DNA of 64,000 bases from NCBI RefSeq assembly GCF_009914755.1, contig NC_060946.1; one strand, given 5' to 3'. Position numbers and translations under genes: made by a program. The notes beneath the pieces are model-generated. The model did no database searches. It was given only the letters and a program-made list of their open reading frames with translations, and had not been told where the DNA came from. Source of the DNA: the human T2T-CHM13v2.0 reference genome, Homo sapiens. Positions 28,246-41,047 of the stretch are shown piece after piece. Each line of letters starts with the position of its first letter. Position 1 is the first letter of the stretch.

Positions 28246-28298
28246 CCTGCCTGCCTGCCCCTCAGTAAGCCGCCCCTGCCTGCCTGCCCCTCAGTAAG
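28246..28298. repeat. Local duplication with 29-bp period
   Basis: CCTGCCTGCCTGCCCCTCAGTAAG at 28246 and 28275. Confidence 0.9.
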
Positions 28299-29881
28299 GG
28301 GCACCTGCAGAGTCCAAGACAAAAGTGCTCCCTGATTTTCCGTGTGTCCTCAGAATGGGACCCTACTCCCTGACTGGACCAAATACATCCATCAAATGTA
28401 ATAAAGAAAAGGGATGCAGAAGTCTTCCCTGTCTGAGTCTCCTGCAAAAGCAGGTGCTGGTGGGAGGAGCCTGGCAGGAGGGATGGAGCAGAGGACGGAG
28501 GCTCAGGGGGATTCCTGCCATCCTTTTCCTAGAACGGCGTGTCTCAGGGGGAGGGGGCTGCTCAGAGCTTTGTAGGGCTGGGCTCACGGGCTCTATGTCA
28601 GCGTCTGTGTTGCGGGAACTCTTGTGTTCTCACGAAGAGGCAGACACCAGAGTCCCACGGTAGCTGACCCTCAGCCTGTCCCCAAGGACACGTGGCCTGT
28701 CCATTGCCAGGGTGGGATCTGGTACAGCAGGCTCTCCCCAGGGAAAGGTAAGGGGAAGGTCTGCACTCCATGCACCTGCCACCAGCAGGACAGCAAACAC
28801 CCGGCCATGAGGAAGGAGGAGGGTATCCATGGCCAGGAGCTCAGGCTCTGGGAAAATGGCAAATATACATTTAATTGGTGGGATGGAAAAGGAAGACTCC
28901 TCAAGCAAAGAGTGGAGACTGAGATCACACTGCAGGCTTTAACCCATGCCATGCCGTTATCATCACTTTAACCCAAATGGATAATAGAAAAAAGAAAAGA
29001 ATAGAAAAGAAATAAAGGCTGCAAGAATACAAACCACAGTTGCTTTATCTACCTGGAGACCTGCTCGTCTAGGGAGCCCCGCGCTGCCCTCACTGCCCCA
29101 ACTCAGCCACAAGTTGGGAAATAGCTGCAGGACATCCCAAGGAGGGATCCCTGGCCAGGGTCCACCCACCCAGAACCTTCGTCCCACTCTCGGCAAACCT
29201 CACTTGACTCTTTTTACAAACTAGGACTGAGCCTGCCTCCCTTTAACAGCACCCCAAGGTCGTCACCTCACCTCGCAGACTGAGCTTCCCTTGCAAATTG
29301 GCCCTTGGGGTCCAGCGCTTGTGGGGCGGGCCCTGGAGAGCCTGCTTTGCCTCCGCCCCACGGGACAGCCTGGGGCAGCTGAGCCATCCCCAGCCCCCAG
29401 AAAGCAGCTTTGTGATTTTTAATTGAATGTTTTCAAATTTTGTACACGAGCCCGGAGGCAATGTGCTCTCAGAGGGCACGGTTTTACAAATTGGAGAAGA
29501 GGTAAAATGAAATAATTGAAGCCTTTTCACTCTCTCCTCTTCTCATTATACCTGAGGACAGGACGAGGGTGGCTGCACGTGAGCCAGAGGGGCTGTGGAC
29601 GTCTCACCAGGAGCAGCCTCGGAGCAGCCTCGGTGCTCCACCGGAGTCAGTGCACGGGAGGCCCGTGCCTGCCTCAAACCTCACGGCCTGCTGGACCAGA
29701 CCGAACGCTGACCTGTGCCTTCCCAGCACAGTCACTTCCGCCAAGGTCCCACCCACCCTTCAGTGTGTGTGACTCATGCCCCGGCCACCGACACCGAAAG
29801 AAGGAGGGAGGGAGGCCCGGTCCCCAGGCCTGGCTACGGCGGGCATCACACCTGCCATGCTATGTCCCGCAGTGTTCACGG

Positions 29882-30420
29882 ACATACACCATACACACAC
29901 ACACACAACACACCCATACCTATGCACCACACACATCACAAATGCCACACACACAACACACCCATACATACACACCACACACATCACAAACACCACACAT
30001 CATAAACACACACACCATATACACAAACACACCATACACATTACACCCATACATACACGCACACACATCTCAAATACCATACACACACACACGACACACC
30101 CATAAATATGCACCACACACATCACAATCCCCCACACACCGTACACATCACACCCATACACACCGCACACATCACAAACACTACACACACCTTACACACA
30201 CACACCACACCAAACTCATACATATGCAGACACACATCTCAAACACCATACACACACACAACACACACATCCACCACATACACCACACCCTACTCCATCT
30301 TATACAAAACCCACACATGTCACACACACCACTGACCACATACACCCACACACATGACATATGCACACTATGCACACATCACACACATATGCCACACACA
30401 CAGACACACAGGGACACAAT
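29882..30420. repeat. CA-rich low-complexity tract
   Basis: Degenerate (CACAC/CATA)n; explains the His/Thr-rich ORFs. Confidence 0.95.
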
Positions 30421-30724
30421 CACTCATTTTGATAAGAGACTCACTGAAGTGACTCTCTGCAGATTGTCCCAGCAAAGCACATCCGGCACCTCACGCAAGG
30501 CCGTAAGGTCCCATGGGTGAGTCCAGCCCCCAGCCTGGCCACCAGCCTGCCTCCTCAGCGCTCTGCCAAACTGCATTTCAAAGGGTGCTGTTCCTCTTTT
30601 CTGGCCATGAGCACGGAGGGGAAGGTTCCTGCTTGCTCACCACCTGCCCTTCAGCCTGGAGAAGGCCCGCTGACCTTGGACCTCGGGGGAGAACTATGGA
30701 CTCCACACAGAAGGGCTGAAGTGG

Positions 30725-30880
30725 GAAAGGAGAGATGGGAGAGGGGAGAGGGGAGGAGGAGTGGGAGAGGGAGGGGACAGGGGACGGGGAGGGGGGCAGC
30801 GGACAAGGGGTGAAGGGAGAGGGGAGAGGGGAGAGACGGGAGAGAGAGGAGAGAGAGGGGAAGGGGCAGACGGAGGGAGA
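30725..30880. repeat. GA-rich purine tract with G-quadruplex potential
   Basis: Many GGG/GGGG runs separated by short A-containing loops. Confidence 0.85.
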
Positions 30881-31394
30881 AGCAGCCCTGGACCCACGCC
30901 CTCCTGAGACTGGCCCTGCCTCTCCATGGTTTGTAGAAGGCTATGAATCCCCTCTTGGTTTAACCTGCTTTTCTCTTTAAGTGGCCTTTCTCTTACTTTC
31001 CACTGAAGAAATCCCAGCAAACAGAGGCCCAAGGACTACAGATGGTGAAGAAGGACAGAAGCCAGAACAGGTGTAGCCAGCGTCCCCCTGACTCTCCCTC
31101 TCTCTGAGTGGCGAGGCTTGCAGGTGGGCCCTGGCGAGGTGGGCTTCTTCAAGCCCAATCACAGCCCACAGCCTCGCCCATGGAGACCCCGGGAGGACTG
31201 TGTTGAATATTTGGCCCACATGGTCAGTGACAGACTTCCAGAAATCAGATCCAAGGAATGTCTTGGGCTCAAAGGCTTAGCTGCTGGCTTGAATGTGGAG
31301 AGGGCTCCACAGGCGGGAGTCCAGGATACGCCATCCTCACCCAACTCCTTGGTCACTGATACCTGAAGTCCCACCACAAATGTATTACCCTAGA

Positions 31395-32295
31395 GAAGCC
31401 ACAATACATCTACCAAGTGATCTTTTCTAAAACATAAATATGGCCGTGTCACTTCCTGCCTAAAAGCTCACGATGATTTTCTATCCTCACCCCTTCATTG
31501 TTAGTGCCGTGTCCATCTCCCGAACTTCACCCCTCACACTCACCCCTCCAGACACCCCTGCCTCCAGGCATCATGAACCACAGGCAAGTCACCAAACTTC
31601 CTGCCTGCTCTGCCTCCGAGCCTTTGAAGATGATTGTCTTGGACTGCTCTAACAAAAATACCAGGGTGGGGCGGGTTATGAACAACAGAAATTTATTGTT
31701 CTCAGCCCTGGAGGCTGGAAGTCCAAGGTCAAGGCACCGGGAGATTTGGTGTCTGGTGAGGACCTGCATCTTGATTCCTACATGGCACCTTCTGACTGTG
31801 TCCTCACATGGTGGAAGGAATGAGGAACCTCTCTGGGGGCCTCTTTTATAAGGACACTAACCCATCCATGGCACTCCACCCTCATGATCCAATCACCTCC
31901 CAAAGTTCCCACCTCCTAATATCATTACATTGTTCCCACCTCCTAATACCATTACATTGGACGTTAGGGCTTCAAAATGTAAATGTCGAGGAGACACAAA
32001 CATTTAATCTACAGCAATGCTAGACCTACTACCTGATGAACTCCTATTCATCCTTTAAAACCCAGTTTAAATATGCCCAAAGCAGATGTATCCTCTCTCC
32101 TCTCGGCCGAGTTGATGGGTCTTGCCTTCATGTCCTCACATTCTCTATCATTTCCCAACCACAATGGGCCCCCTCCCACTGAACCACAGGCTGCCCCAAC
32201 ACTGAGATGCTGTCTTGTTTGTTGCTGCATACCCGGGGTGCCAAGCCCAGTTCCTTCCCCATGCCAAGCTCAGGAGCTCTTTATTGAATGAATGT
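31395..32295 (+). mobile_element. L2 fragments flanking an MST/MLT1A LTR
   Basis: AGTGATCTTTTCTAAAACATAAATATGGCCGTGTCACTTCCTGCCTAAAAGC; AACTCCTATTCATCCTTTAAAACCCAGTTTAAATATGCC; ends TTGAATGAATG. Confidence 0.65.
31631..32016 (-). mobile_element. MSTD/MLT1A-like MaLR solo LTR with an internal 27-bp duplication
   Basis: AACAACAGAAATTTATTGTTCTCAGCCCTGGAGGCTGGAAGTCCAAGGTCAAGG...GTGTCCTCACATGGTGGAAGG...; GTTCCCACCTCCTAATA(T/C)CATTACATT occurs twice in tandem. Confidence 0.8.
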
Positions 32296-33559
32296 GAGGT
32301 CCCCTAGTCCAAGTTCCAAGGGAAGGAGTGCAGAGATTGATTAGTCAGGTCTGCCACAGATGACACATACGGGAATGGAAGTGTTAGGTTGTGGAGGTGG
32401 TCTAGGTTAACTCCAGACTTTTGAGGGGTGGGGATTGATAAGGTGGAGGAGCGGGAAGGTCCGTGGAGGCTGAGAGGCTGCCAGGGAGAGGCCTCTCTAA
32501 GTCCTCAAGCCAGTGGACTGAGCCTCTCTAGATACCTGTTCAGGAAGGAGTAACCCTTCTACCTGGAGCATGAGACCACATTTCTGGACACGGTTTCTAC
32601 CTGAAACAAGAGCGTGTTCTTCTCCAGCCTGTCAGAACTCTGATTACCTATCTTGTTCACCAAAAATGATTGATGTGTACCTGCATTTTTTAAGACCCTA
32701 GGACTTGAGTGAGGTGGGGACTTATGCTCCAGATTCTAGATGTTGTCTTAATTGCAGATGTTATGGGAAAGAATGAGGCAACTTCCTTAAGAGGATCCCA
32801 ACCCATTTAAGCTATTGGGTGGTGGTACTTATGGCATATCGCTTTAAGCAGTTTGAAAGACAAATTCTGGTCTTGATTTTCTGCACCTCAGTGGTTTTTT
32901 TATTTATGTTGGAACCATGTGATGTTTATGTATTTGGTAGTGCCTCTTTCTGCTCCACACAGTGCTATTGGAGTCTGCTGCTGGCAGGGAGGTGACACCC
33001 TATGAATATTTTATCAGCCCACATGTGTGGGTAAGGAAAATGAGGCCCTTGCAGGCTCTGACAAAGTGGACTGGATGCTGTATGAAGGAGGGGGCACACA
33101 GCACCTTTGTTCTCCTGGACAAATAGGAGAGATACTGTGAACCTTATGCTTTATTAGAACACAAGAAGGAAATTAGTTCCTTTTCATCTGCCGCAGCGGA
33201 TGATGGAGTGTCTCCTCGGGTCTCCTCTGCAAAGTCCTGCAATGAGTCTGTGCTTCAACCGTGTTCTCTGGCAAACATGAAGCAAGGACAAATGGGAACC
33301 CAGGCAGCAGGAAATGGGGAGGGTGGGAAATCCACCTGCACGTCGCAGGTCACACCCAAAGAGGGATCACAGCCCCGCTGCCACTTCTGGGTGTGTCTCT
33401 GGGTTTGAGGCCTTTTTATGCATCGTGTGTGAAAAATCTGCAGCTGTGGTGCAGAATTGAACGGCTTTGGAGCCGGGAGGGCAGCTAGTAGGTCTGGGAT
33501 AAAATGCTCTATATCCTCCATCGAACGCACAATCCATGTGACATGGAAATGGTAACTAA

Positions 33560-34028
33560 ACAAAACTTTGTGCGTAAATATTCATCGCAGCATTATTCCT
33601 AATAGCCAGTAGGTGGAAACAGCCCAGCTGTCCATCAGCCGATGGCTGGATAAACAATGTGTGGTCCATCTATACAATGGACCATTCCTCAGCCACATCA
33701 AGTAAGGAAGCACCGGCACCTGCTGCAACCCAGATGAATCTAGAAAACGTGATGCTGAGTGAAAGTCGCCAGACACAAAAGATGATTTATCGGATGATCC
33801 CATTGATATGAAAAGTCCAGAGTAACAAATCTACCCAGACAAGAGTAGCTTAGTGGTGGCTGGCAGGAGAGGGAATGGAGAATGATTGCTAGTGGATGTG
33901 GGGTTTCTTTTGGGGATTTTGTGAATGTCCTGGAATTAGAGAGTGGTCTTGGTTGTGCAAGACTGTGCATGTGCTATAGGTGTCACTAATTGTAAATGCT
34001 ACATTTTGTTTTTTACCACAATGAAAAT
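33560..34028 (+). mobile_element. L1MB-like 3' end fragment
   Basis: ATATTCATCGCAGCATTATTCCTAATAGCC...TGGAAACAGCCCAGCTGTCCATCAG...GATGAATCTAGAAAACGTGATGCTGAGTGAAAG. Confidence 0.8.
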
Positions 34029-34727
34029 GATAGCTAATAATCAATCGTGTACCACTTGTTGAGTTCTTCATATATGCTAGACATCATGCTAAAGGCCTGA
34101 CACGTTCACCCTTACTTGCTTTGTCTCCATGGTGAAATCAGCATTCTCATCCTTGTTTTATAAATGAAGGCCCGAGGTAGGGGAGCAGTCTTCTGATAGG
34201 GAGAGGACCTCAGGTTTTAGTCTAGCACTGTCTTAGCTGTTGCTCATGACATCATGCTTTTCGGTACTGACAACGCAAGGGTCCCATCATCAACTAATTT
34301 AGGGAATCATCCTTTAGACAGGTCAACCTAATTGACCACAGGGCATTTTAGAGCTTTGGAAATACTAATGAACATTTTGAATCCTCAAGAGTGGGATCTA
34401 AGGTGCTGTTTTCTCAAATGTATTTAGACAAATAATAATTGTTTCAACCACCTGTTACCATGTGAGGGGAGGTTGGCAAACACTGGTCTCAATTAGCTCC
34501 CTTTTGCTCAATTGCACCATGACATGGAGGGAAGATCCCTTGTTCAGGGTGACAACTAGTGAAAAGGAGTAAGCATTGAACCAAAAGGCTGGATATGGGG
34601 AAACAGAGACAAAACAAGACTAAGCGGCCACATCAAGTCATCCAAAGTCAGAAAGCCTGGTCGAAAATGCAGGAAGGAGACAAACTGCATCACTGGAAGG
34701 CACCTTGGAGGTTATCCAGGCCAATCA

Positions 34728-34955
34728 TATCTATCCATCCATCCATCCATCCATGCATCCATCCTTCCATTCATCCACCCACCCACCCACCAATCTATCC
34801 ATATCCATCCATTCAACCACCCATCTATCCATTCATTCATCCTTCCACCTATCTATCCATCCACCCATCTATCCATCCACCCATCAATCCATCAATCCAT
34901 CCATCCAACCACATTCATCTATCCTTCATCCATCCATCCATTCATCCATCCATCT
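34728..34955. repeat. (CATC)n imperfect tetranucleotide tract
   Basis: Direct reading; adjoins antisense L2-tail-like sequence. Confidence 0.95.
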
Positions 34956-35006
34956 GTTTATTCAGAATGCAATTTTTGAGGCCCTTCAGTGTATGCAGCA
35001 GAGTTA

Positions 35007-35486
<480 letters not shown>

Positions 35487-36904
35487 TCAGCTGTTTCCAG
35501 TGGAATCAACCATGGAAATGCCTCTTAACCAAAAGGTCTTCCTTATTGGAACCCAAACCTGCCCCACTCTTACTTTTGCCCCTGATGCTAGCTTTGCTAT
35601 AGAGGATAGATTCTCTCTTACCTCATGCCGATATCCCGTATCTGATCGGGTCCTCGCTGAGTCTTCTCTAAATGAAGGGCCTCAGGCTCATGGTCCTTGG
35701 CCTCCCCTTTTCCTGCACTCACCCAGTTGTCAACATCCATTCACCAGATGACGCTGAACCCAGTGTGAAGAGCTCACTGAATGAATGTGAGACCAAAACC
35801 TCAGCTGGTCTTGGTCTTTGGGATGTTCCCTTGTCTCTAGGAGGGGGAGAAATTAAGGACAGTGCAAGCGTAATGGGGTGAGGACGTTGGATGTGCTCTG
35901 CCCCAGGCCTCCTTCCTGTAGGAGCCTCTAGTTGACTTCCCTGCCTCTCCTTGGACCCTCTGCAATCATCCTGTCCAGTGCTAGGTCCAGAGGGGTCTTT
36001 CTGGAACTTGAGGCAAGAGAACAAAGTCACATCAATGGGGTTGGTGGGGGGGCAGGTGTAAGCAAATCGTGGCAAGTCCAGTTTGTCATAATTTTTGCAT
36101 GAGCTATTTCACATTAAAATCATTTTGATAAATTCTGTGTAATAAAACAAAAAGTGCTTTTCATGTAATACCGCATGAAAATGTGAGCTGGTGAGTTGCG
36201 TGGAATGGGGCGAGCTGGGGTGAAGTCTCTGCCTGCTTGTGGAGGCAGCTGGGGTATCTTGCTGGCCTGGAGGCCTAGGCAGCCAAGCATGATCAACGTC
36301 CTGGAGATGCTAGAAGGCCGGGGTGCAGATCCGCTTCTTGAGCTAGAAATGAGCTGACGTTTCCCCAGAGGTGACACCGTCGCCCGAATCACACTCTGAG
36401 TGGAATGGGGCAGGGGTGCCATTTATAAACTCACCCAGTAATGGCCAGAGCTGGGCTGGACCTCAGGGCAGATGGGACACCTGGCCCAGGCAGGCTGGAG
36501 AGAAGACAATGTACAGTGCCCTGCTGAGATGAGGGGACAGTCATGCCCCTCAGGTCTGAAGAGCCATCACCAGGGTGGTTGGCTGTCAACACCCTCACCC
36601 CAGGGCCCCCATTCAAGGGCTGGTTCTCCCTGGGAAGGCCGTGGCTCTGCTGAGGAGGACTGAGCCACAAATCCAGGAAGAGAAATCTGAGCCTATTGCT
36701 CTAAGCCCCCATCCTCTAGCTCTTTTGTGACACGGATGCAGTTCCCCACCCAATCTAACCCAGCCATCGTAAGCCAGGGATGCTGACGGGGCTACGGTCC
36801 TGCTAGAGTGAGGATTCCCCAGGGAAGGCTGGCCAGCAAGGAGACTGCCTCAGCTGTGCCTCCAGATGAAACTGCCTTGTGTTGCTCAGAGATGTGCAGG
36901 AAGA

Positions 36905-37265
36905 ACACACATGTTTACATGTGCACCATGTACACACATGCATTCACATACGTCTATGTACACACACTCACACATTAAATACATACATACTCATACACAC
37001 ACATACATAAATATACACATGCATGCACTAGCACACTACACAGGCACACACATATATGTACACGTATTCTCCCAGCCACACACAAATACATGCAGACATA
37101 TGTACACTCACACATATATACATACACATAAACATGCACTCACACATACACATGAACACACATTAACACTAGGCATACACCTCTATACACACATGTATTC
37201 ACACACATGCATGCACGCATATGCCCCACACTCATATACCTGGGTACATAAACACACGCAAACAC
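36905..37265. repeat. (CA/TA)-rich low-complexity tract
   Basis: Direct reading. Confidence 0.95.
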
Positions 37266-38714
37266 AGACTGTACCCCTGGCAGAGGGTCAGGGCCTGGCC
37301 TGTGTTGTGGGCCTTGGAAGCAGAGCCTGGCATGGAGTTCAGAGATCCCTGATCCCTGACTCACCCAAGCCCCCAGCCTATAAGTTGTAGTCCAGCCCTC
37401 TGGGAGCTGCAGCGGGTTGCCAGGCGGGGAGGGCACTGTGGCAGGTGGGAAGGCTGAGCCAGCCTCTGGTGCTCACACCTGAGCATCAGGGCACCAATTA
37501 TTACCTGCCTGAGCCAGGCAACCAGGCAAAGAGACAACCCGTGACATTTTGCGAGCTGAAAATGGAAGTGGGACGAAAGAGCGAGGTAAGACACTTTAAT
37601 CTGTGCCCTTTCATAGTAAGCCTGTTAACTAGAGAAAGTCTAAGAAAGGGATCTAATTTGTGAGGCTGCAGGGAGGGGAAAGAGGGGGCAGAGGAGGAGA
37701 GGAGGGCACATCTTCCTCTGGTCTGGCCCTGCCCTGCCTCCTCCAGCCCATCCTCCTCCAGGGCCCCATCCAGGACTGGTCCCCACCCACTCCCAGCCTG
37801 CAGCCTGGGAAGCTCCAGCTCCAGCCTGGCCGGGCTGCTGCAGCCACTCCTGACCGCTCGCTGCTCTCCTGTAACTGTGACTCAAAGTCCACCTGCTGCG
37901 CTCCAGACCCTGGCGCCCAACTCTCCGTCAGACAGCTCAGCCAAACGGGAGGCAACCCCCTGCTGCCAGCCCCTCTCCTCCCAGACAGACTCCTCTAAAG
38001 TCCTCCCACAGCAGCTCAGGGCCCTCCCAGGACTATCCAGGAAGCCAGAATCCTGCAGGTGCACCTGGACTCCACCCCTTCAGCCTGCCCTGCACGCGGC
38101 TCATGGGTCAGGCCTGGAGACGCCACCCAGGACTCCGAGCTGAGGACACAGAGGGTGTCGCAGCTGAGGCCCAGGTCACACCGCACACCCAGAGGCAGAA
38201 GAAGGTGGGAGAGGCTGGTGCACATGGCATGTGGCTAATGTGGGTTGTCTGCAGAGGCTTCTAACCCATTGTCAGTTTCTCTCGGTTTCTATGTGGATGG
38301 TCATGAGGAATGATGCTTCAGACCTCAGCCTGAAAGCGTCCTTGTCGGCCACTTCCCAGGGGAGTGAGCTGTGTGCCTCAGTCTCATGAATGAACCTCCA
38401 GGTTCCTCCAGGGCAAGGTCCAAGCACCAGCCCCTGGTCTGAGACGGGCTCGTTACGCTGAGCTAGATGATACAGTACCCTCCCTCCTTGAACAACTCAG
38501 AGGACCTAGCCCCAGATCTAGGAGGGGCTTGCCAACTTCCCACAGCCGAGGGGCAGCAGAATCGAATCCACAATGAGGCATGAGATCATCTTGGATTCAC
38601 CCCCAGGTAGCCAGCCAGGGAAACAGAAAGTTCTAGAACTGGCAAAGAAATTTCCCTCCTGCCACTGGAGGTTGCTGTGCACCGGCTGGTAGCCTGGCCT
38701 TGTCCCCTGGCCCA

Positions 38715-38731
38715 GGGGAGGGTGGGGTGGG
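38715..38731 (+). other. Canonical G-quadruplex motif with 1-nt loops
   Basis: GGGG-A-GGG-T-GGGG-T-GGG. Confidence 0.7.
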
Positions 38732-40544
38732 CGCCCGATTCCCAGGCCAGCCTGGACACTGAGCTCCTTCTGCTCGGGCCCCCTGCCCGGGGCCGGGCGC
38801 CCAGGGATTTTCCTGCTTGCAAAAGGCCTCACGGGTGTTGTGGTTTTGGCAATTACTGAAAAGAAAGCCTGGTTATTATTCTTGTCACGTGTTGAGAAAT
38901 CTCTATAAAGTTTTACAGCCGCAAATGTAAAAGGGGTTTTTATTAGTTTAACATTCTTCCCTATACCCTTCCCCCTCCTCCCACCCAGAATCTCACCCTC
39001 CATCTCCCGCCTCCTCGGGGCCATAGTCTCAAGACAGCTGCGGCCGGGAGCCTGGAAATACCTGCAGAGAGCAGGAGGCCCCACCGCCTCCCAAGTCCTC
39101 CCAGTTCCACTGGAGCCTCCAAGCCTCAGGGTCTTGTCCTCCTTTCAGCTCCGATGCCCAGTGACAGAGCTTCCCAGCTTCCTTCCCTTACTCCACAAAT
39201 GCATTGGAAGGCCTGCCCTGGGCCAGACGCTGCTGCAGGTGCTGAGACACAGACGAGGGCAGCACAGACATTGATTTTCTGCAGGAAAAGAGAAAGATAA
39301 ACGAGAAAACAAGTAAACATAACTACAGAGCAGGTTGGCTCCAGGGCCTGCTGTGGTCACACAGGGCCCAGCCTTAGGAGGGTCCACCCTCAGGTCCAGG
39401 CTGTGCTGGTGCCCTCCTGACATTGCAATGCCTCCTGGGGTGCACAGATCAGGTAGGCGGTCCTGACAGGGTGAGGCAGCAGGGCAAAGGCAGAGAGAGG
39501 CCTGGTCCAGGGGGACGGTGGCACCTTTTCCAGCGTGGTCGGGAGGGAAGGGCTCCCTGCAGAGGGCCGTGGGAGCAGAGAGCTACACAGATCAGGGATT
39601 GAGGAGCACAGGCGTTGTTCAGGCAGAGGCCAGCCCAGGGCTGTGTCTGAGAGGTGAGAGGCAGGATGGCCATGCTGTTGGAGCAGTGTGTTCCCGCACG
39701 TGAGGATACGGAAGGAGGACAGCCAGCTAGAAGAGCCAGGAGAGTGGGGCCTCCATGGCTGGGGAAGGGGCTTGGGATTTACTGGGGGAATGTGGGAAGC
39801 ATCATCCAACCTTTTTTCTTAAGGGTGTCCCTTGCTGCTGCTCAGGAAATGCGAGTAGGAAGGTGGGAGCTGCAGGGATCCCTGGGCAGAGGTTGCAGCC
39901 CTGCAGAGGAGGGGCCGGGCTGCTCTGGATGGGGTCAGGGAGTGGGGAGGAGCCCAGGGGAGGGGTGAGCATGGGGCTATTCATGGGCTGGCTGCTGGGA
40001 TCCACCTCACAGCTGCCAGCCCAGCTTCCTCCTGGCGTGCCCACGTGCTATTCACTTGCCGACCCAATCTGGCGGACCCGGGAGAGACTTACTTACTTCA
40101 TCAGCCTCCCGTCACACCCATTAGGTCACAGACAGACACGGTGTGGACAGGTCCTGCAGCCTTTCATTAGGGCTGACGCCTGGCCCAGGCGGAGGAATCG
40201 CTGGGACAGAATCGTACCTAGAGAAAGGTTTAGCACTACATCGTAATCTGCCAGCAGATGACACATTTACTAATTATGTCCCCAGGCAGGCAGTCCTGAC
40301 TCTGCCATCAGGCCAAGAAGAAAGGATGGCAGAAGGCACGTCGCCAACAAGCAACCCCAGGCCAGTCCTCAGCCTCTCTCTCTCCGCCTAGCAGAGGGCT
40401 GGCATAATTCCATTTGCTGCCTTTGAAAATATATTGAGAGACTTCAGGCTTCATCTCCAACACAAAAAGAGCTTGGAGGTTATCACTCCTGAGCTCACAA
40501 GGAAAACAAAAATGGAGAAAACTGAAAATCAACAACTTTACTTA

Positions 40545-40970
40545 GCCGGATGTGGTGGCTCATGCCTGTAATCCCAGAATTTTGTGAGGCAGAGATGGGC
40601 AGATTGCTTGAGCCCAGGAATTTAAGACCAGCCTTGACAATATTGTGAGATCCCATCTTTACAAAAAAAAATAATAATAAATATAGCCCAGGTGTGGTGG
40701 TACATGCCTGCAGTCCCAGCTACGTGGGAGGCTGAAGTGGGAGAACAGCTTGAGCCTGAGAAATCGAGGCTGTGGTGAACCGCACTCCAGCCCAGGTGAC
40801 AGAGGGAGGGCCTGTCTGAAAAAAAGAAAAGAAAGAGAGGAAAGAAAGAGAGAAAGAGAGGAAAGAAAGAAAGGGAAAAAGAGAAAGAAAGAAAGAGAAA
40901 GAAAGAAAGGAAGAAAGAAAGAAAAGAAAAGAAAGAAAGGGAAAAAGAGAAAGAAAGAAAGAGAGAGAAA

Positions 40971-41027
<57 letters not shown>

Positions 41028-41047
41028 GACAGAAAGCAAGCAAGCAA
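40545..41047 (+). mobile_element. AluJ with a ~220-bp (GAAA)n expanded tail
   Basis: Alu body 40545-~40820, purine tract to ~41040; CTTTACTT flanks both sides as a probable TSD remnant. Confidence 0.9.

Noticed and set aside
29516-30520. 334-aa His/Thr-rich ORF
   Set aside because: Length is due to a CA-rich low-complexity tract; no recognisable domain
37950-37972. CTCF-like motifs here and near 19290
   Set aside because: Partial matches judged by eye; cannot be scored without a PWM or ChIP data
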